DNA of 64,000 bases, taken from assembly GCA_038150265.1 (NCBI GenBank), contig JAYOTF010000016.1, positions 1 through 64,000 on the forward strand. Direction: 5' to 3'. A model generated the notes under the pieces. The model did no database searches. It saw only the letters and a list, made by a program, of their open reading frames with translations, and had not been told where the DNA came from. Origin of the DNA: Deltaproteobacteria bacterium (GTDB lineage Bacteria; SAR324; NAC60-12). Below, in pieces: positions 47,728 to 57,369 of this stretch. The translations under genes and the position numbers were made by a program. Position 1 is the first letter of the stretch. Each line of letters begins with the position of its first letter.

Positions 47728-48647
47728 TGGAGTTTTGGGATCCCCACTTTCACATCTGGGATGTATCGGCCCGGACGTCGAGCGGCCAAGACGGCGGCGT
47801 CCTCTTTCCGGTCCATGGGCACCCGGTGTACGACCTCAAGGCCTACGAAGCCGACCTGGCCGCGTGTGGGCTGGAGCACTCCGGAGGAGCGTTTGTGGAG
47901 GTCGTCAGCGTCTGCCACCTTCCGGAAGATGGCTGGCCCTATGAGTCGGCCTGTCTGGCAGAAGCGTGGTGGGTCTCCCGTCAGCTGGAGCGCTCTCCGC
48001 ATCCGTACCGGCTGGTCGCGACCGCGCCCCTGGAGTCTCCACAGATCGACTCGGTGCTCCACGCCCTGACGCGCTACCCCGGGGTGTGCGGCATCCGTCA
48101 GATCCTCAACCATGAGCCTTCGTGGCCCCGGAACGTCCGGCTCGGGAACCTGCTGGAGCATCCGGATTGGCGAGCCGGCTTTGCCCGCCTGGAGGCGTTC
48201 GGCCTTTCCTTTGACCTTCAGCTCAACCCCCACCAGTTTTCTGCCGCAGCAGCCCTGCTGGAGTTGCATCCGGAGGTGCCGGTCATCATCAACCACCTCG
48301 GCTGCCCAACGGCTTCCGATCTCGAAGACGGCACCGTTTACTGGTCGGGCATGAAGGCCCTCGCCGCTCTCCCGCAGGTGTCTCTGAAGCTCTCCATGCT
48401 GGCCTATCCGGATCCTCACTGGGATGCTCCGGAGTCTCCGGTGCCGGCGCTCGTGCACCAGCTCATTGACCTGTTTGGGGTCGATCGGTGCTTCTTTGCC
48501 TCCAACTTTCCGGTGGACCTGAAAGACGGCTGGCCTGCCGAACGCCTCTTCACGGGCTTCCGGACCCTCGCTGAAGCCTACACGTCTGGAGAACAGCAGC
48601 AGCTGTTTGCCCACAATGCCCGCCGCGTTTACGGAGCCTCCTCATGA
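47724..48647 (+). CDS. Amidohydrolase_2 family sugar lactonase (LRA2-like)
   Basis: DPHFHIWD, GLSFDLQ, INHLG, FASNFPVD, NARRVY. Confidence 0.85.
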   Translation: MMEFWDPHFHIWDVSARTSSGQDGGVLFPVHGHPVYDLKAYEADLAACGLEHSGGAFVEVVSVCHLPEDGWPYESACLAEAWWVSRQLERSPHPYRLVATAPLESPQIDSVLHALTRYPGVCGIRQILNHEPSWPRNVRLGNLLEHPDWRAGFARLEAFGLSFDLQLNPHQFSAAAALLELHPEVPVIINHLGCPTASDLEDGTVYWSGMKALAALPQVSLKLSMLAYPDPHWDAPESPVPALVHQLIDLFGVDRCFFASNFPVDLKDGWPAERLFTGFRTLAEAYTSGEQQQLFAHNARRVYGASS

Positions 48648-49672
48648 CCCCTCTACCGACTCGGCCCCTAGGCACTTCCGGGCTGGAACTTCCGGCGCTT
48701 GGCTTGGGTGGCGCGCCCCTCGGTGAGCTGTTTCAGCGCCTGCCAGAGGCTCAGGCCCAGGCCACCCTGCAGGCTGCGTGGGAGTCCGGAATCCGCTACT
48801 TCGACACGGCGCCCTGGTACGGACATGGCCTCAGCGAGCACCGAACGGGGCACCTGCTCCGGCAACAGACGCCCGGGAGCTTCCTCTGCTCCACCAAGGT
48901 CGGACGCGTCTACACGCGCTTCCGGGGGCATCCGGATCAGGCTCCACGTCAGCCGTGGGCAGGGGGACTGCCCTTCACCCTTCGCTTCGATTATTCCTAC
49001 GATGGCATCATGCGGTCGTATGAAGATAGCCTGCTGCGGCTGGGGCTGAACCAGGTGCAGGCGCTGGTCATCCACGACCTCGATTTTGGCTACCACCGGA
49101 CAGAGGCCCACGTTGCCCGAAAATTCAAGGAGCTCGAAAGTGGCTGGAAGGCGCTGGATGAGCTGAAACGCTCCGGAGAGATTGCCGCCATTGGCGCAGG
49201 CATCAACGAGGAGGCGCTGATGATGCGGTTCCTCGATCAGGTTCCGCTGGACTTCTTCCTGGTGGCCATGCCGTACACGCTGATGGATCAGGAGGTACTC
49301 GATCAAGAATTTCCCGCCTGCGAGCAGCAGGGCGTGGGGATCGTGGTGGGGGCTCCGTATGCATCGGGCATTCTGGCAACGGGTCCCGCCCCAGAGGCAA
49401 AGTACCGCTACGCCCCCGCCTCTCCGGACGCACTGGAGAAGGTGCGGCGCCTCTCGGCCATTTGCGCCCGTCACCAGGTTCCCCTCAAGGCGGCGGCCCT
49501 GCAGTTTCCCCTTGGGCACCCGCTGGTTGCATCCATCATCCCGGGCGCCTTCACACCGGAGCAGGTTCAGGAAAACCGGCAACTGCTCGACATTTCCATC
49601 CCAACCGATCTCTGGCAGGAGCTTCAGCACGAAGGCCTCTTGCGTCCGGACGCTCCCGTTCCTGCAGGCTAA
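48644..49672 (+). CDS. Aldo/keto reductase (D-threo-aldose 1-dehydrogenase-like)
   Basis: GLGGAPLG, FDTAPWYGHGLSE, STKVGR, FDYSYDG, ALQFPL. Confidence 0.9.
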   Translation: MTPLPTRPLGTSGLELPALGLGGAPLGELFQRLPEAQAQATLQAAWESGIRYFDTAPWYGHGLSEHRTGHLLRQQTPGSFLCSTKVGRVYTRFRGHPDQAPRQPWAGGLPFTLRFDYSYDGIMRSYEDSLLRLGLNQVQALVIHDLDFGYHRTEAHVARKFKELESGWKALDELKRSGEIAAIGAGINEEALMMRFLDQVPLDFFLVAMPYTLMDQEVLDQEFPACEQQGVGIVVGAPYASGILATGPAPEAKYRYAPASPDALEKVRRLSAICARHQVPLKAAALQFPLGHPLVASIIPGAFTPEQVQENRQLLDISIPTDLWQELQHEGLLRPDAPVPAG

Positions 49673-49719
49673 GGAACAGGATTGAGGAACTGGGGCATTT
49701 CACCTTCGATTCATTGGCG

Positions 49720-49784
49720 GGCTTCCCGCCTGCGCAGGAATGACCCCGCTCCGTCTGTCATCCCGGCGAAGGCGGGGATCCAGT
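49720..49784. repeat. REP-like inverted doublet of the same family as 7546-7629
   Basis: GGCTTCCCGCCTGCGCAGGAATGAC (49720-49744) and GTCATCCCGGCGAAGGCGGGGATCCAGT (49757-49784). Confidence 0.75.
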
Positions 49785-50001
49785 CCTTGTATGAAGGGGC
49801 TTGCGTCAATGAAAATGCTCCATTTACTGAACGCTCACTCCCAGGACTTCTGGGCGCCCCGCACTTGATTGCCCCCGAAGCACCCGCTACACTGCCACCT
49901 TTACCCGCCTCCGTCCCCGTTACGGCATCATGGGTTTGGAGTCTGTCACCGATGCATCCATTGCGACCCTGCTGAAGCTTCCCACACGCCCCTTCCTCCT
50001 C

Positions 50002-50877
50002 ATGTTTGACTCCGGTTTTGAAACCCGACGGATCCCGACCTCCGGGGCGGAAATTCACCTGCGGCATGGAGGCTCGGGGCCCCCGCTGCTACTGCTGCAC
50101 GGCTACCCGCAAACGCACGTCCTCTGGCACCTCGTCGCGCCTCGCCTGCAGACGCGCTTCCATGTGATCTGCCCAGACCTGCGGGGCTACGGCGACAGCT
50201 CCAAACCCGCGGACACCGACCCGCATGCGGCCTACTCCAAACGCGCCATGGCGCAGGACTGCGTGGAGGTCATGGCGGCACTGGGCTACTCCGAATTTGC
50301 GGTTGCAGGACACGACCGAGGCGCCCGGGTGACGCACCGGCTGGCACTCGACCACCCGGAACGGGTTCAGCGGGCCTGTGTCATGGACATCGCCCCGACC
50401 TACCAGATGTTTCAGAGCACCGACCAGGAATTTGCCACCAGCTACTACCACTGGTTCTTCCTCATCCAGCCGCCGCCGCTTCCGGAACGTCTGATTGGGG
50501 CGGACCCCGAGTTTTACCTACGTGAGACGCTGAAGCGCTGGAGCGGTCCGGACGCCACCTTCTCGGAAGCCGCGGTGCAGGAATACCTCCGCTGCTTCCA
50601 GACGCCAGAGGCCATCCATGCCTCGTGTGAAGACTACCGGGCGGCCGCAAGCATTGACCTCATTCATGATGCCGCAGACCAGGATCAGCTCCTGGAGTGT
50701 CCGCTACGGGTGCTCTGGGGCAACCAGGGCTTTGTGCACCGCAAGTACGACGTCCTCGCCGTCTGGCAAACCCGGGCTCATCAGGCCTCTGGGCGCGCGC
50801 TGGACTGCGGGCATTTTCTTCCAGAAGAGGCTCCGGACGCCGTGACGCAGGAGCTGATTTCTTTTTTTGCAGATTGA
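50002..50877 (+). CDS. Haloacetate/fluoroacetate dehalogenase family alpha/beta hydrolase
   Basis: LLHGYPQTH, GHDRGARV (Asp nucleophile), YYHWFF, CEDYRAAA, CGHFLPEE. Confidence 0.88.
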   Translation: MFDSGFETRRIPTSGAEIHLRHGGSGPPLLLLHGYPQTHVLWHLVAPRLQTRFHVICPDLRGYGDSSKPADTDPHAAYSKRAMAQDCVEVMAALGYSEFAVAGHDRGARVTHRLALDHPERVQRACVMDIAPTYQMFQSTDQEFATSYYHWFFLIQPPPLPERLIGADPEFYLRETLKRWSGPDATFSEAAVQEYLRCFQTPEAIHASCEDYRAAASIDLIHDAADQDQLLECPLRVLWGNQGFVHRKYDVLAVWQTRAHQASGRALDCGHFLPEEAPDAVTQELISFFAD

Positions 50878-50980
50878 CTCTCACCCCCGCCATCCGTAAA
50901 GCTCTCGAAAACGCTGGCGCCTCGTGCAGGTGTCAGCCCATTCCCGCAGCTTCCGACTTCCTCAACACGACTGACTGTTC

Positions 50981-53900
50981 ATGAACGCTCTTTCCTCCGT
51001 CCCCTCGTCCGGACGGGTGTGGATCACCTTTTACCGTGCCTGGCACCAGACGGGTGACCTGGCGGTGGTCGACGCCCTCGCTGAAGCCCTCATGGCCCAG
51101 GGGCTGGATGTTTCTGCTTTTTACGCCTACTCCCTCCGCGAACCGGAGGCTCAGGAGGCCCTGCTGCAACGAGCGGAACAGGAGCCCCCCGATGTGCTGT
51201 TAACGCTTCAGAGTTTTTCGATTGGTCGGCTGGATGAGCGGGTCTCGTTTCTCGAAACGCTGGGGTGCCCCGTCCTGCAGGTCATTGCTTCCACAGAAAA
51301 TCGGGAGGCCTGGGAACGCAACCCCCGGGGGCTGACGCCCTCCAATGTGGCCATGTCGGTCGCGCTTCCGGAAACCGATGGGCGGGTGCTGACCACAGTG
51401 GTGGGCTTCAAGGAGGCACAGGAGGCCCACGCCGAGCTGGAATTTCAGGCCAAGGCCGTGGTGCCCGACCCGGCTCAGATCACTTACGTGGCCACCCTTG
51501 CCGCCAACTGGGTCCGGCTGCGTCGGCAACCGAATGCTGACAAACGCCTGGCCATCATTCTTGCCAACTACCCCAACCGCGACAGCCGCCTCGGCAACGG
51601 CGTGGGGCTGGACACTCCGGCCAGCGTCCACCGCTTCCTCCAACGCCTCCAGGAAGCCGGGTACGACGTCGGGACGCCTCCGGAGAGCGGCGACGACCTG
51701 ATCCGGCAGCTGCAGGCGGGCATGACGAACGATGAGGAGCAGAGCTACGGCCACCCGGTTGCGCAGGGCCTCTCCGGACACGCCTTCCACCAGCACCTCC
51801 GGACGCTCCCGGAGTCTCTGCAGCATGCCCTGCGTCGCCAGTGGCCCGAGGCCCTCCCTCCGGAAGACGCGGCACAGATTCCGGTGGCCGGCCTGCAGCT
51901 CGGAAACGTCTTCATCGGCATTCAGCCTCAGCGCGGGTTTGGCCTCCAGACCCAGGCCATCTACCACGACCCGGAGCTGGCCCCACCGCCACACTACCTC
52001 GCCTTCTACCAGTGGATCCGGGACTCCTTTGGCGCGCACGCCCTGATTCACTTTGGCAAGCACGGCAACCTGGAGTGGCTCCCCGGAAGGAGCGTTGCCC
52101 TGGGCCCAGACGACTTCCCCCAGGCAGTGTTGGGGCCAGTTCCACACCTCTACCCCTTCATCGTCAATGACCCCGGAGAGGGCACTCAGGCGAAGCGCCG
52201 GACCTCTGCCGTGATTGTCGATCACCTCACGCCTCCCCTGACCCGGGCGGGGCTCTACGATGACCTCGACCGCGTTGAGCGCCTGCTGGAAGAGCATGCT
52301 CACTGTGAGACGCTTTACCCGGAACGCGCCCATGAGCTGGAGCATGAGATTGAGCACCTCCTCGAAGAAGCGCCCTGGCGCGCCGAGCTTCCGGAAGAAG
52401 ACGACTGGCTCAATGCCCTCAGCAACTACCTCTGCGACCTCAAGGAAAGTCAGATCCGCTCAGGCCTGCACATCTTTGGTGAGGTGCCTCAGGGGGAGCG
52501 GCGCATCGACTTCCTCCTCAGCCTGCTCCGGATGTCGTCTCTGGAGCGTCCGGGCCTGCTGCAGGCGCTGCTGAATCAGCCGGCCACTTTTGATGTCGAC
52601 CTCCTCAGCCGCGCCGAGCGGGATGACGTCGAAGCCCAGGCCCGGGCCTGGATCGCCCAGGAGGTGGGGCTGGAGCATGAGGGCACCGCGCTCCCCGCCC
52701 ATGAGGCCCTGGCGCCACTCCGGCGCTGGCTGCAGGAGACCGTGATTCCCCGGCTGGATCGCTGCACACTGGAGCCCCAGCGCCTGCTAGACGGGCTCTC
52801 GGGCAAATTCCTTTCGCCCGGCCCCTCTGGGGCTCCCACACGAGGGCGGCTGGATGTACTGCCAACTGGCCGAAACTTCTACTCGGTGGACCCGCGCGTC
52901 ATTCCCACGCAAACGGCATGGCGGGCGGGGAAGCTGCTCGCAGATGGCCTCCTGGAACGCTACCGGGCGGACCACGGTGAGTGGCCCAAAACGCTGGCGC
53001 TGGTGATCTGGGGGACCTCCAACATGCGCACAGGTGGCGACGACCTCGCCCAGGCGCTGTGGCTCTGGGGCTGTGAACCGGTCTGGGAGCCCGTCTCCGG
53101 ACGCGTGGTGGACTTTGAAATCATCCCTGCCGCCACCCTGGGACGTCCGCGCGTAGACGTTGTGCTCCGGGTTTCGGGCATGTTCCGGGATGCCTTTGGA
53201 GATGCCATGCGGCTGCTCTCCACGATTCCGAAACGCCTTGCCGCCCTGGAGGAGCCCGAGGAGCTCAACCCGATCCGGGCTGCCTGGCTCGCTGATCAGC
53301 AACAGCTTCAGCAACAGGGCTACCCCACGGAAGCCGCCGCCCAACTCGCAGAACTGCGGGTCTTCAGCTCCGGACCCGGCTGCTATGGAACCGGCCTGCT
53401 GCCCCTCATTGATGCCGGAAACTGGGAGTCGCGTCAGGACCTGACCGATGTCTTCCTCAAGTGGGGAGGGCACGCCTACCGAGCCGATGGCTCCAGCAGC
53501 GAGGAGATCGACCTCCTGCGCAGCCGCCTCTCTTCCGTGGAAATCGTCCATCAGAATCAGGACAACCGGGAACACGACCTGCTCGACTCTGATGACTACT
53601 TTCAGTTTCAGGGGGGACTGCATGCGGCGGTCGCACAGCTCCGGGGACAGGCTCCTGCCACCTATCACGGAGACTCGTCCAACCCGGAAAAGATTCGGAT
53701 CCGGACCCTGCAGGAGGAATTCAACCGCGTCTTCCGCAGCCGTGTGCTGAATCCGAAGTGGATCAACGGCATGCGCGAACACGGCTACAAGGGAGCCTTT
53801 GAGATGGCAGCAACGGTCGATTACCTCTTCGGTTACGACGCCACCTGTGACATTGTTGCGGATTATCAGTATGAGGAAGTCGCCAACAAGCTGTTGCTGG

Positions 53901-54067
53901 ATCCGGAGCAGCAGCAGTTCTTCCGGGAGCACAACCCACTCGCACTCCGGGACGCTGCCCAGCGCCTGCTGGAAGCCCATGAGCGTGACCTCTGGAGCGA
54001 GGCCAACCCGGAAACGCTGGATGCGCTGGAAGCGGCTCTGGTGGAGGTCCAGGGCGAGCTGGAGTGA
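50981..54067 (+). CDS. cobN: Cobaltochelatase subunit CobN (lacks the usual N-terminal segment)
   Basis: ANYPNRD, GKHGNLEWLPG, NDPGEGTQAKRR, LPTGRNFYS, QDNREHD, HGYKGAFE. Confidence 0.93.
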   Translation: MNALSSVPSSGRVWITFYRAWHQTGDLAVVDALAEALMAQGLDVSAFYAYSLREPEAQEALLQRAEQEPPDVLLTLQSFSIGRLDERVSFLETLGCPVLQVIASTENREAWERNPRGLTPSNVAMSVALPETDGRVLTTVVGFKEAQEAHAELEFQAKAVVPDPAQITYVATLAANWVRLRRQPNADKRLAIILANYPNRDSRLGNGVGLDTPASVHRFLQRLQEAGYDVGTPPESGDDLIRQLQAGMTNDEEQSYGHPVAQGLSGHAFHQHLRTLPESLQHALRRQWPEALPPEDAAQIPVAGLQLGNVFIGIQPQRGFGLQTQAIYHDPELAPPPHYLAFYQWIRDSFGAHALIHFGKHGNLEWLPGRSVALGPDDFPQAVLGPVPHLYPFIVNDPGEGTQAKRRTSAVIVDHLTPPLTRAGLYDDLDRVERLLEEHAHCETLYPERAHELEHEIEHLLEEAPWRAELPEEDDWLNALSNYLCDLKESQIRSGLHIFGEVPQGERRIDFLLSLLRMSSLERPGLLQALLNQPATFDVDLLSRAERDDVEAQARAWIAQEVGLEHEGTALPAHEALAPLRRWLQETVIPRLDRCTLEPQRLLDGLSGKFLSPGPSGAPTRGRLDVLPTGRNFYSVDPRVIPTQTAWRAGKLLADGLLERYRADHGEWPKTLALVIWGTSNMRTGGDDLAQALWLWGCEPVWEPVSGRVVDFEIIPAATLGRPRVDVVLRVSGMFRDAFGDAMRLLSTIPKRLAALEEPEELNPIRAAWLADQQQLQQQGYPTEAAAQLAELRVFSSGPGCYGTGLLPLIDAGNWESRQDLTDVFLKWGGHAYRADGSSSEEIDLLRSRLSSVEIVHQNQDNREHDLLDSDDYFQFQGGLHAAVAQLRGQAPATYHGDSSNPEKIRIRTLQEEFNRVFRSRVLNPKWINGMREHGYKGAFEMAATVDYLFGYDATCDIVADYQYEEVANKLLLDPEQQQFFREHNPLALRDAAQRLLEAHERDLWSEANPETLDALEAALVEVQGELE

Positions 54068-54070
54068 GCC

Positions 54071-54943
54071 TCAGGGACGGTCCCGAGACCGCTCCACGCG
54101 CTCAATGGCGGCATCAAACAACGCCTGACGCTCGCCCAGCCGGGCGCCGTCCCGGTAGTACATGAGGGCTCCGGAGGGATTTCCGCGCCGCTCCTCAAGG
54201 TAGCCAAGAGCATACTGCCGCACCGCCTCATCGGCCTCATGCCCCTCCAGGCGCTCAACCGCTGCCTCATACAGCCCCAGTTCCATCATATCGACGGCAA
54301 GGCGATCGGCCTCAATGCCGGTGCTGACCACTTCCTGCCGCTTGAGGTAGGGCTGCAGAAGCTGCTGCAACGCCTGCTTCATCTGCGCCATCACCTGATG
54401 CGTCGGAAGCGCTGGAACCACGCCGCTGGTGGTCGCGGAAAACGGGGTCGTCAGCGTCCGGGGAGGTCGTCCCGCTTCCTCCAGCGTGACGGTCAGCTGG
54501 CCTGCCTGGGAAACGGAGGTCTCCACAAAGCTGAGGGACGCCTTCCGGGAGCGGCAGGGGTTGCGTTCCTGGAGGTAGTTGCAGGACTTGAGGGACACCG
54601 AGCGGGAGCCCTTGCGGAAGGCATGAGCCGGCTCGGAGACCTGAGCCCTGACGGTCAGGCGGGCGGAGTCTCCGGTGGGCTGCACCTGGTTCTGCCCAAA
54701 CGCCTGCAGGAGCGTTCCGGTGACCTGGGTGTTCTGCCGGATGACGTATCCGTTTTCCTGCAACAGCTGCCGAACCACGTCTGCAGCAGGCTCCGAATCG
54801 GGCGTTACCGGCTCCACCAGCACCGGCTTCGTGGTCAGGACCTCGGCTGGAGGCACCTCGAGGGTGGTTTTCAGTTCTGTGGTGGTGCTGCACCCCAGCA
54901 GGAGCAGCGCCAGTGTGGCGTTAATCCAGCGTTGTTTCAGCAT
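54071..54943 (-). CDS. Hypothetical lipoprotein with C-terminal TPR-like helices
   Basis: Lipobox LLLG-C; C-terminal YALGYLEERRGNPSGALMYY. Confidence 0.75.
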   Translation of the reverse strand: MLKQRWINATLALLLLGCSTTTELKTTLEVPPAEVLTTKPVLVEPVTPDSEPAADVVRQLLQENGYVIRQNTQVTGTLLQAFGQNQVQPTGDSARLTVRAQVSEPAHAFRKGSRSVSLKSCNYLQERNPCRSRKASLSFVETSVSQAGQLTVTLEEAGRPPRTLTTPFSATTSGVVPALPTHQVMAQMKQALQQLLQPYLKRQEVVSTGIEADRLAVDMMELGLYEAAVERLEGHEADEAVRQYALGYLEERRGNPSGALMYYRDGARLGERQALFDAAIERVERSRDRP

Positions 54944-55937
54944 CCAGAGCCTTCAGGTTGCGGAGGGCATCCACGTAGAGGCGCTTGTAGCCTCCGGCAG
55001 CAATGGCCTTGCCGTAGTAGTCGGCAGCCACCACTCGGTCACCATACGCGTGGTAGATCAGCCCCAGGTTGTAGAGGTCGGTCGACGACTCAAACAGCGG
55101 ATCCTGCACCGCCTGCTCCAGCACCGTCCGGGCTTCCTCAAGCTTTCCGGCCTTGAGCAGGTCAATGGCTTCAGAGTGGTTGCCTTCATCAATCTCCAGC
55201 CGCAGCTTGAGGGCCAGGGTGCCCAGCTCATTTGCCAGCAAGCGCCCGAGGCCTCCAGCGACCTTCTGCGCCAGGGCCGCTTCATCTTCATAGGGCGTTT
55301 CCAGCACGCCGGAACCGCTGAGGCTGCGATGGAGGCGGAACTCATCAGCCTCGTTGAGGAAAATGGCTCCGCTGTAGCTCAGGGACACCTTGCCTGTGGC
55401 GCCACTGGTCACCCGGATTTCATCCCAGGCGGAATCTTCGGTTTTCTGGCAAGCCTGATACTTCGGAGGCGGATTCTTGAGGTACTGGCAGCGGCTGGCA
55501 CGCCGGTAGAAGCCCAGGACGCCTTCCTGCTCAAACGCCCCGGTCTGCAGCCCCACCTGGACGCGAAGGCGAATGAGGGCCTCAATGTCAGGGCTCCTGA
55601 AGCCGGAGGTCGGACGCAGGGCCTGCAATCCGGAACGGATGCGCTCATACTCCGCCCGAGTGAGGACGGACTTGCCATCAAAGGAAAGGGTTTCGGCCAC
55701 TGCAGCCGCGACGACCTCCGGATCCAGCGGAACCTGTCCGGAGCGGAGCACCTGTCCGGAACGGGTGGACACCGCCAGCTCGGCAAAGTCCGCGGGGTCG
55801 GCTTCCACCTCAACAACCAGCACCTGTGCTCGCACCAACGCCGGGTCATTTGAAACCGTCCGCTGGATTTCAACAAAGTGCCGGCTGCAGCCTCCCACCA
55901 TGAGGAGCAACCAGGCGGCCCTAACGAGTAATCTCAT
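54921..55937 (-). CDS. Hypothetical lipoprotein with C-terminal TPR
   Basis: Lipobox VGG-C; LYNLGLIYHAYGD...YYGKAI TPR. Confidence 0.75.
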   Translation of the reverse strand: MRLLVRAAWLLLMVGGCSRHFVEIQRTVSNDPALVRAQVLVVEVEADPADFAELAVSTRSGQVLRSGQVPLDPEVVAAAVAETLSFDGKSVLTRAEYERIRSGLQALRPTSGFRSPDIEALIRLRVQVGLQTGAFEQEGVLGFYRRASRCQYLKNPPPKYQACQKTEDSAWDEIRVTSGATGKVSLSYSGAIFLNEADEFRLHRSLSGSGVLETPYEDEAALAQKVAGGLGRLLANELGTLALKLRLEIDEGNHSEAIDLLKAGKLEEARTVLEQAVQDPLFESSTDLYNLGLIYHAYGDRVVAADYYGKAIAAGGYKRLYVDALRNLKALDAETTLD

Positions 55938-56493
55938 ACGCTCGCTTCTCCTCCACGGTGCTGGTACCGGCTCCGGTTTCCCCCTTCGCCTGCAGCCTGA
56001 GGGCATACCGTTCTCCAGCACTCAGGGCCAAAACCAGCTCGGTGCCTTCGTCAATGCGGTAGAGCAGGACGCTGGCATGCGTGGCCGTCCCCTCGGTTTG
56101 TTCAGTGGTCCGGACCAGCTCATTCCAGCTACGGCTCCAGTTGCAGCGCTCCCCGCAGCTTCCGGACTCTGATCGGTCTTCCAGGCGGGTCACCGCATAC
56201 GACCGGGGACGCCCGTTCACCTTCCGGTTCAGGCCAAAGAGGACGTAGTAGCGTCCGGGAGTTTCCTGGTTGAAGTCTGCAAAGCGTGGCACCCCCCGGA
56301 CCGAAACCCCCTTCGCCTGAAGCTGCTGAATCAGCTCCTGCTGGAGGGGGTTGTCCATGCACTCGCAGAAGAGCACCGTGTATCCGGAACGGATCGGGAC
56401 CGGTTTGGCCGGGAGGTCGTGAACCCGCACCGACTGGTCACTGCAGCCCCCCGTCAGCACCAGCAGGACGAATCCGAGCAGCGCCTTCCTCAT
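55921..56493 (-). CDS. Hypothetical lipoprotein
   Basis: MRKALLGFVLLVLTGG-C lipobox; overlaps both neighbours. Confidence 0.7.
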   Translation of the reverse strand: MRKALLGFVLLVLTGGCSDQSVRVHDLPAKPVPIRSGYTVLFCECMDNPLQQELIQQLQAKGVSVRGVPRFADFNQETPGRYYVLFGLNRKVNGRPRSYAVTRLEDRSESGSCGERCNWSRSWNELVRTTEQTEGTATHASVLLYRIDEGTELVLALSAGERYALRLQAKGETGAGTSTVEEKRAYEITR

Positions 56494-57188
56494 AAGCGCC
56501 ACCCCACGGTGAAGGCCACAAACACCGAAGCCTCCGGGTTGGTGTCGGTCACAAATTGCTGGTACGTTGCCTGTTGACGCTCCCAGACCGGGTCGGAGGT
56601 CGTCGCAAACTCGAGGCTGGTTTCGGTCACTGGAGTGGTCCGGGAGAGGGCAGCCAGCTGGACGGCATAGTAAGCGTCTTGCTGGTCGTACCCGATCCAG
56701 GTGTTGGAGTACTGCAGGAAGGGACCCAGGTAAACCACCTCAAGGGAGGCCTGCTGTTCGGTCACCACAGCGTTGGTCGTGCGCTGCTGCACCACCTCAT
56801 ACTGCGTGGCTTGTCGCATCAGGCCGAGGTCCCAGCGGTGGACGTACTGCTCGAAGCGGTAGTACAGCTCCAGGGTTCCGCTCTGCAGGGTCAGTTCCGC
56901 CTGATAGGTGCGGGTTCCCACCGCCTCGGTCTGGGACTGCAGGCGCTCATCGGTGCTCGCGGTCAGGAAGTTGTAACCGACCCCGTACCCCTTCACGCTG
57001 GTCACCCCCATTTCTACGGACACCGGCAGGAACGCGTCCATCCGTCCCGAGAAATACGGGAGGCTGAGGCCAAGGTCCCAGGTAGCAGCCTGTCCGGAAG
57101 CGGGAAGGAGTCCCACCAGCAGAACCACCAGCGCCCCCGTGTGACGCAACCGGGCCTGAAGGTGTGGCAAAACAGGAGGCAACAGCAT
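56490..57188 (-). CDS. Putative outer-membrane beta-barrel protein
   Basis: Signal peptide ending GQA-A; alternating amphipathic strands; C-terminal FVAFTVGWRL beta-signal-like end. Confidence 0.6.
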   Translation of the reverse strand: MLLPPVLPHLQARLRHTGALVVLLVGLLPASGQAATWDLGLSLPYFSGRMDAFLPVSVEMGVTSVKGYGVGYNFLTASTDERLQSQTEAVGTRTYQAELTLQSGTLELYYRFEQYVHRWDLGLMRQATQYEVVQQRTTNAVVTEQQASLEVVYLGPFLQYSNTWIGYDQQDAYYAVQLAALSRTTPVTETSLEFATTSDPVWERQQATYQQFVTDTNPEASVFVAFTVGWRL

Positions 57189-57369
57189 CCGAAAAAATAA
57201 GGGAACGAGGAGCCTTGCGGCAAGGAGCGTCAGTCTGCGAAACTTCCGGACAAGTTGCAATTGCTTTGGGGGCGTCCCGCCACCTCGCTGCAGCGGAAGC
57301 CCTTCCGCCCGTGTTCCAGGGCACCACTCCAAGGTGCTTTGAGATCGTGCGGGAGGCCAACACCGAGAA

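Noticed and set aside
50878..50980. Cobalamin riboswitch upstream of cobN
   Set aside because: The gap is only about 100 bp and I could not find B12-box elements
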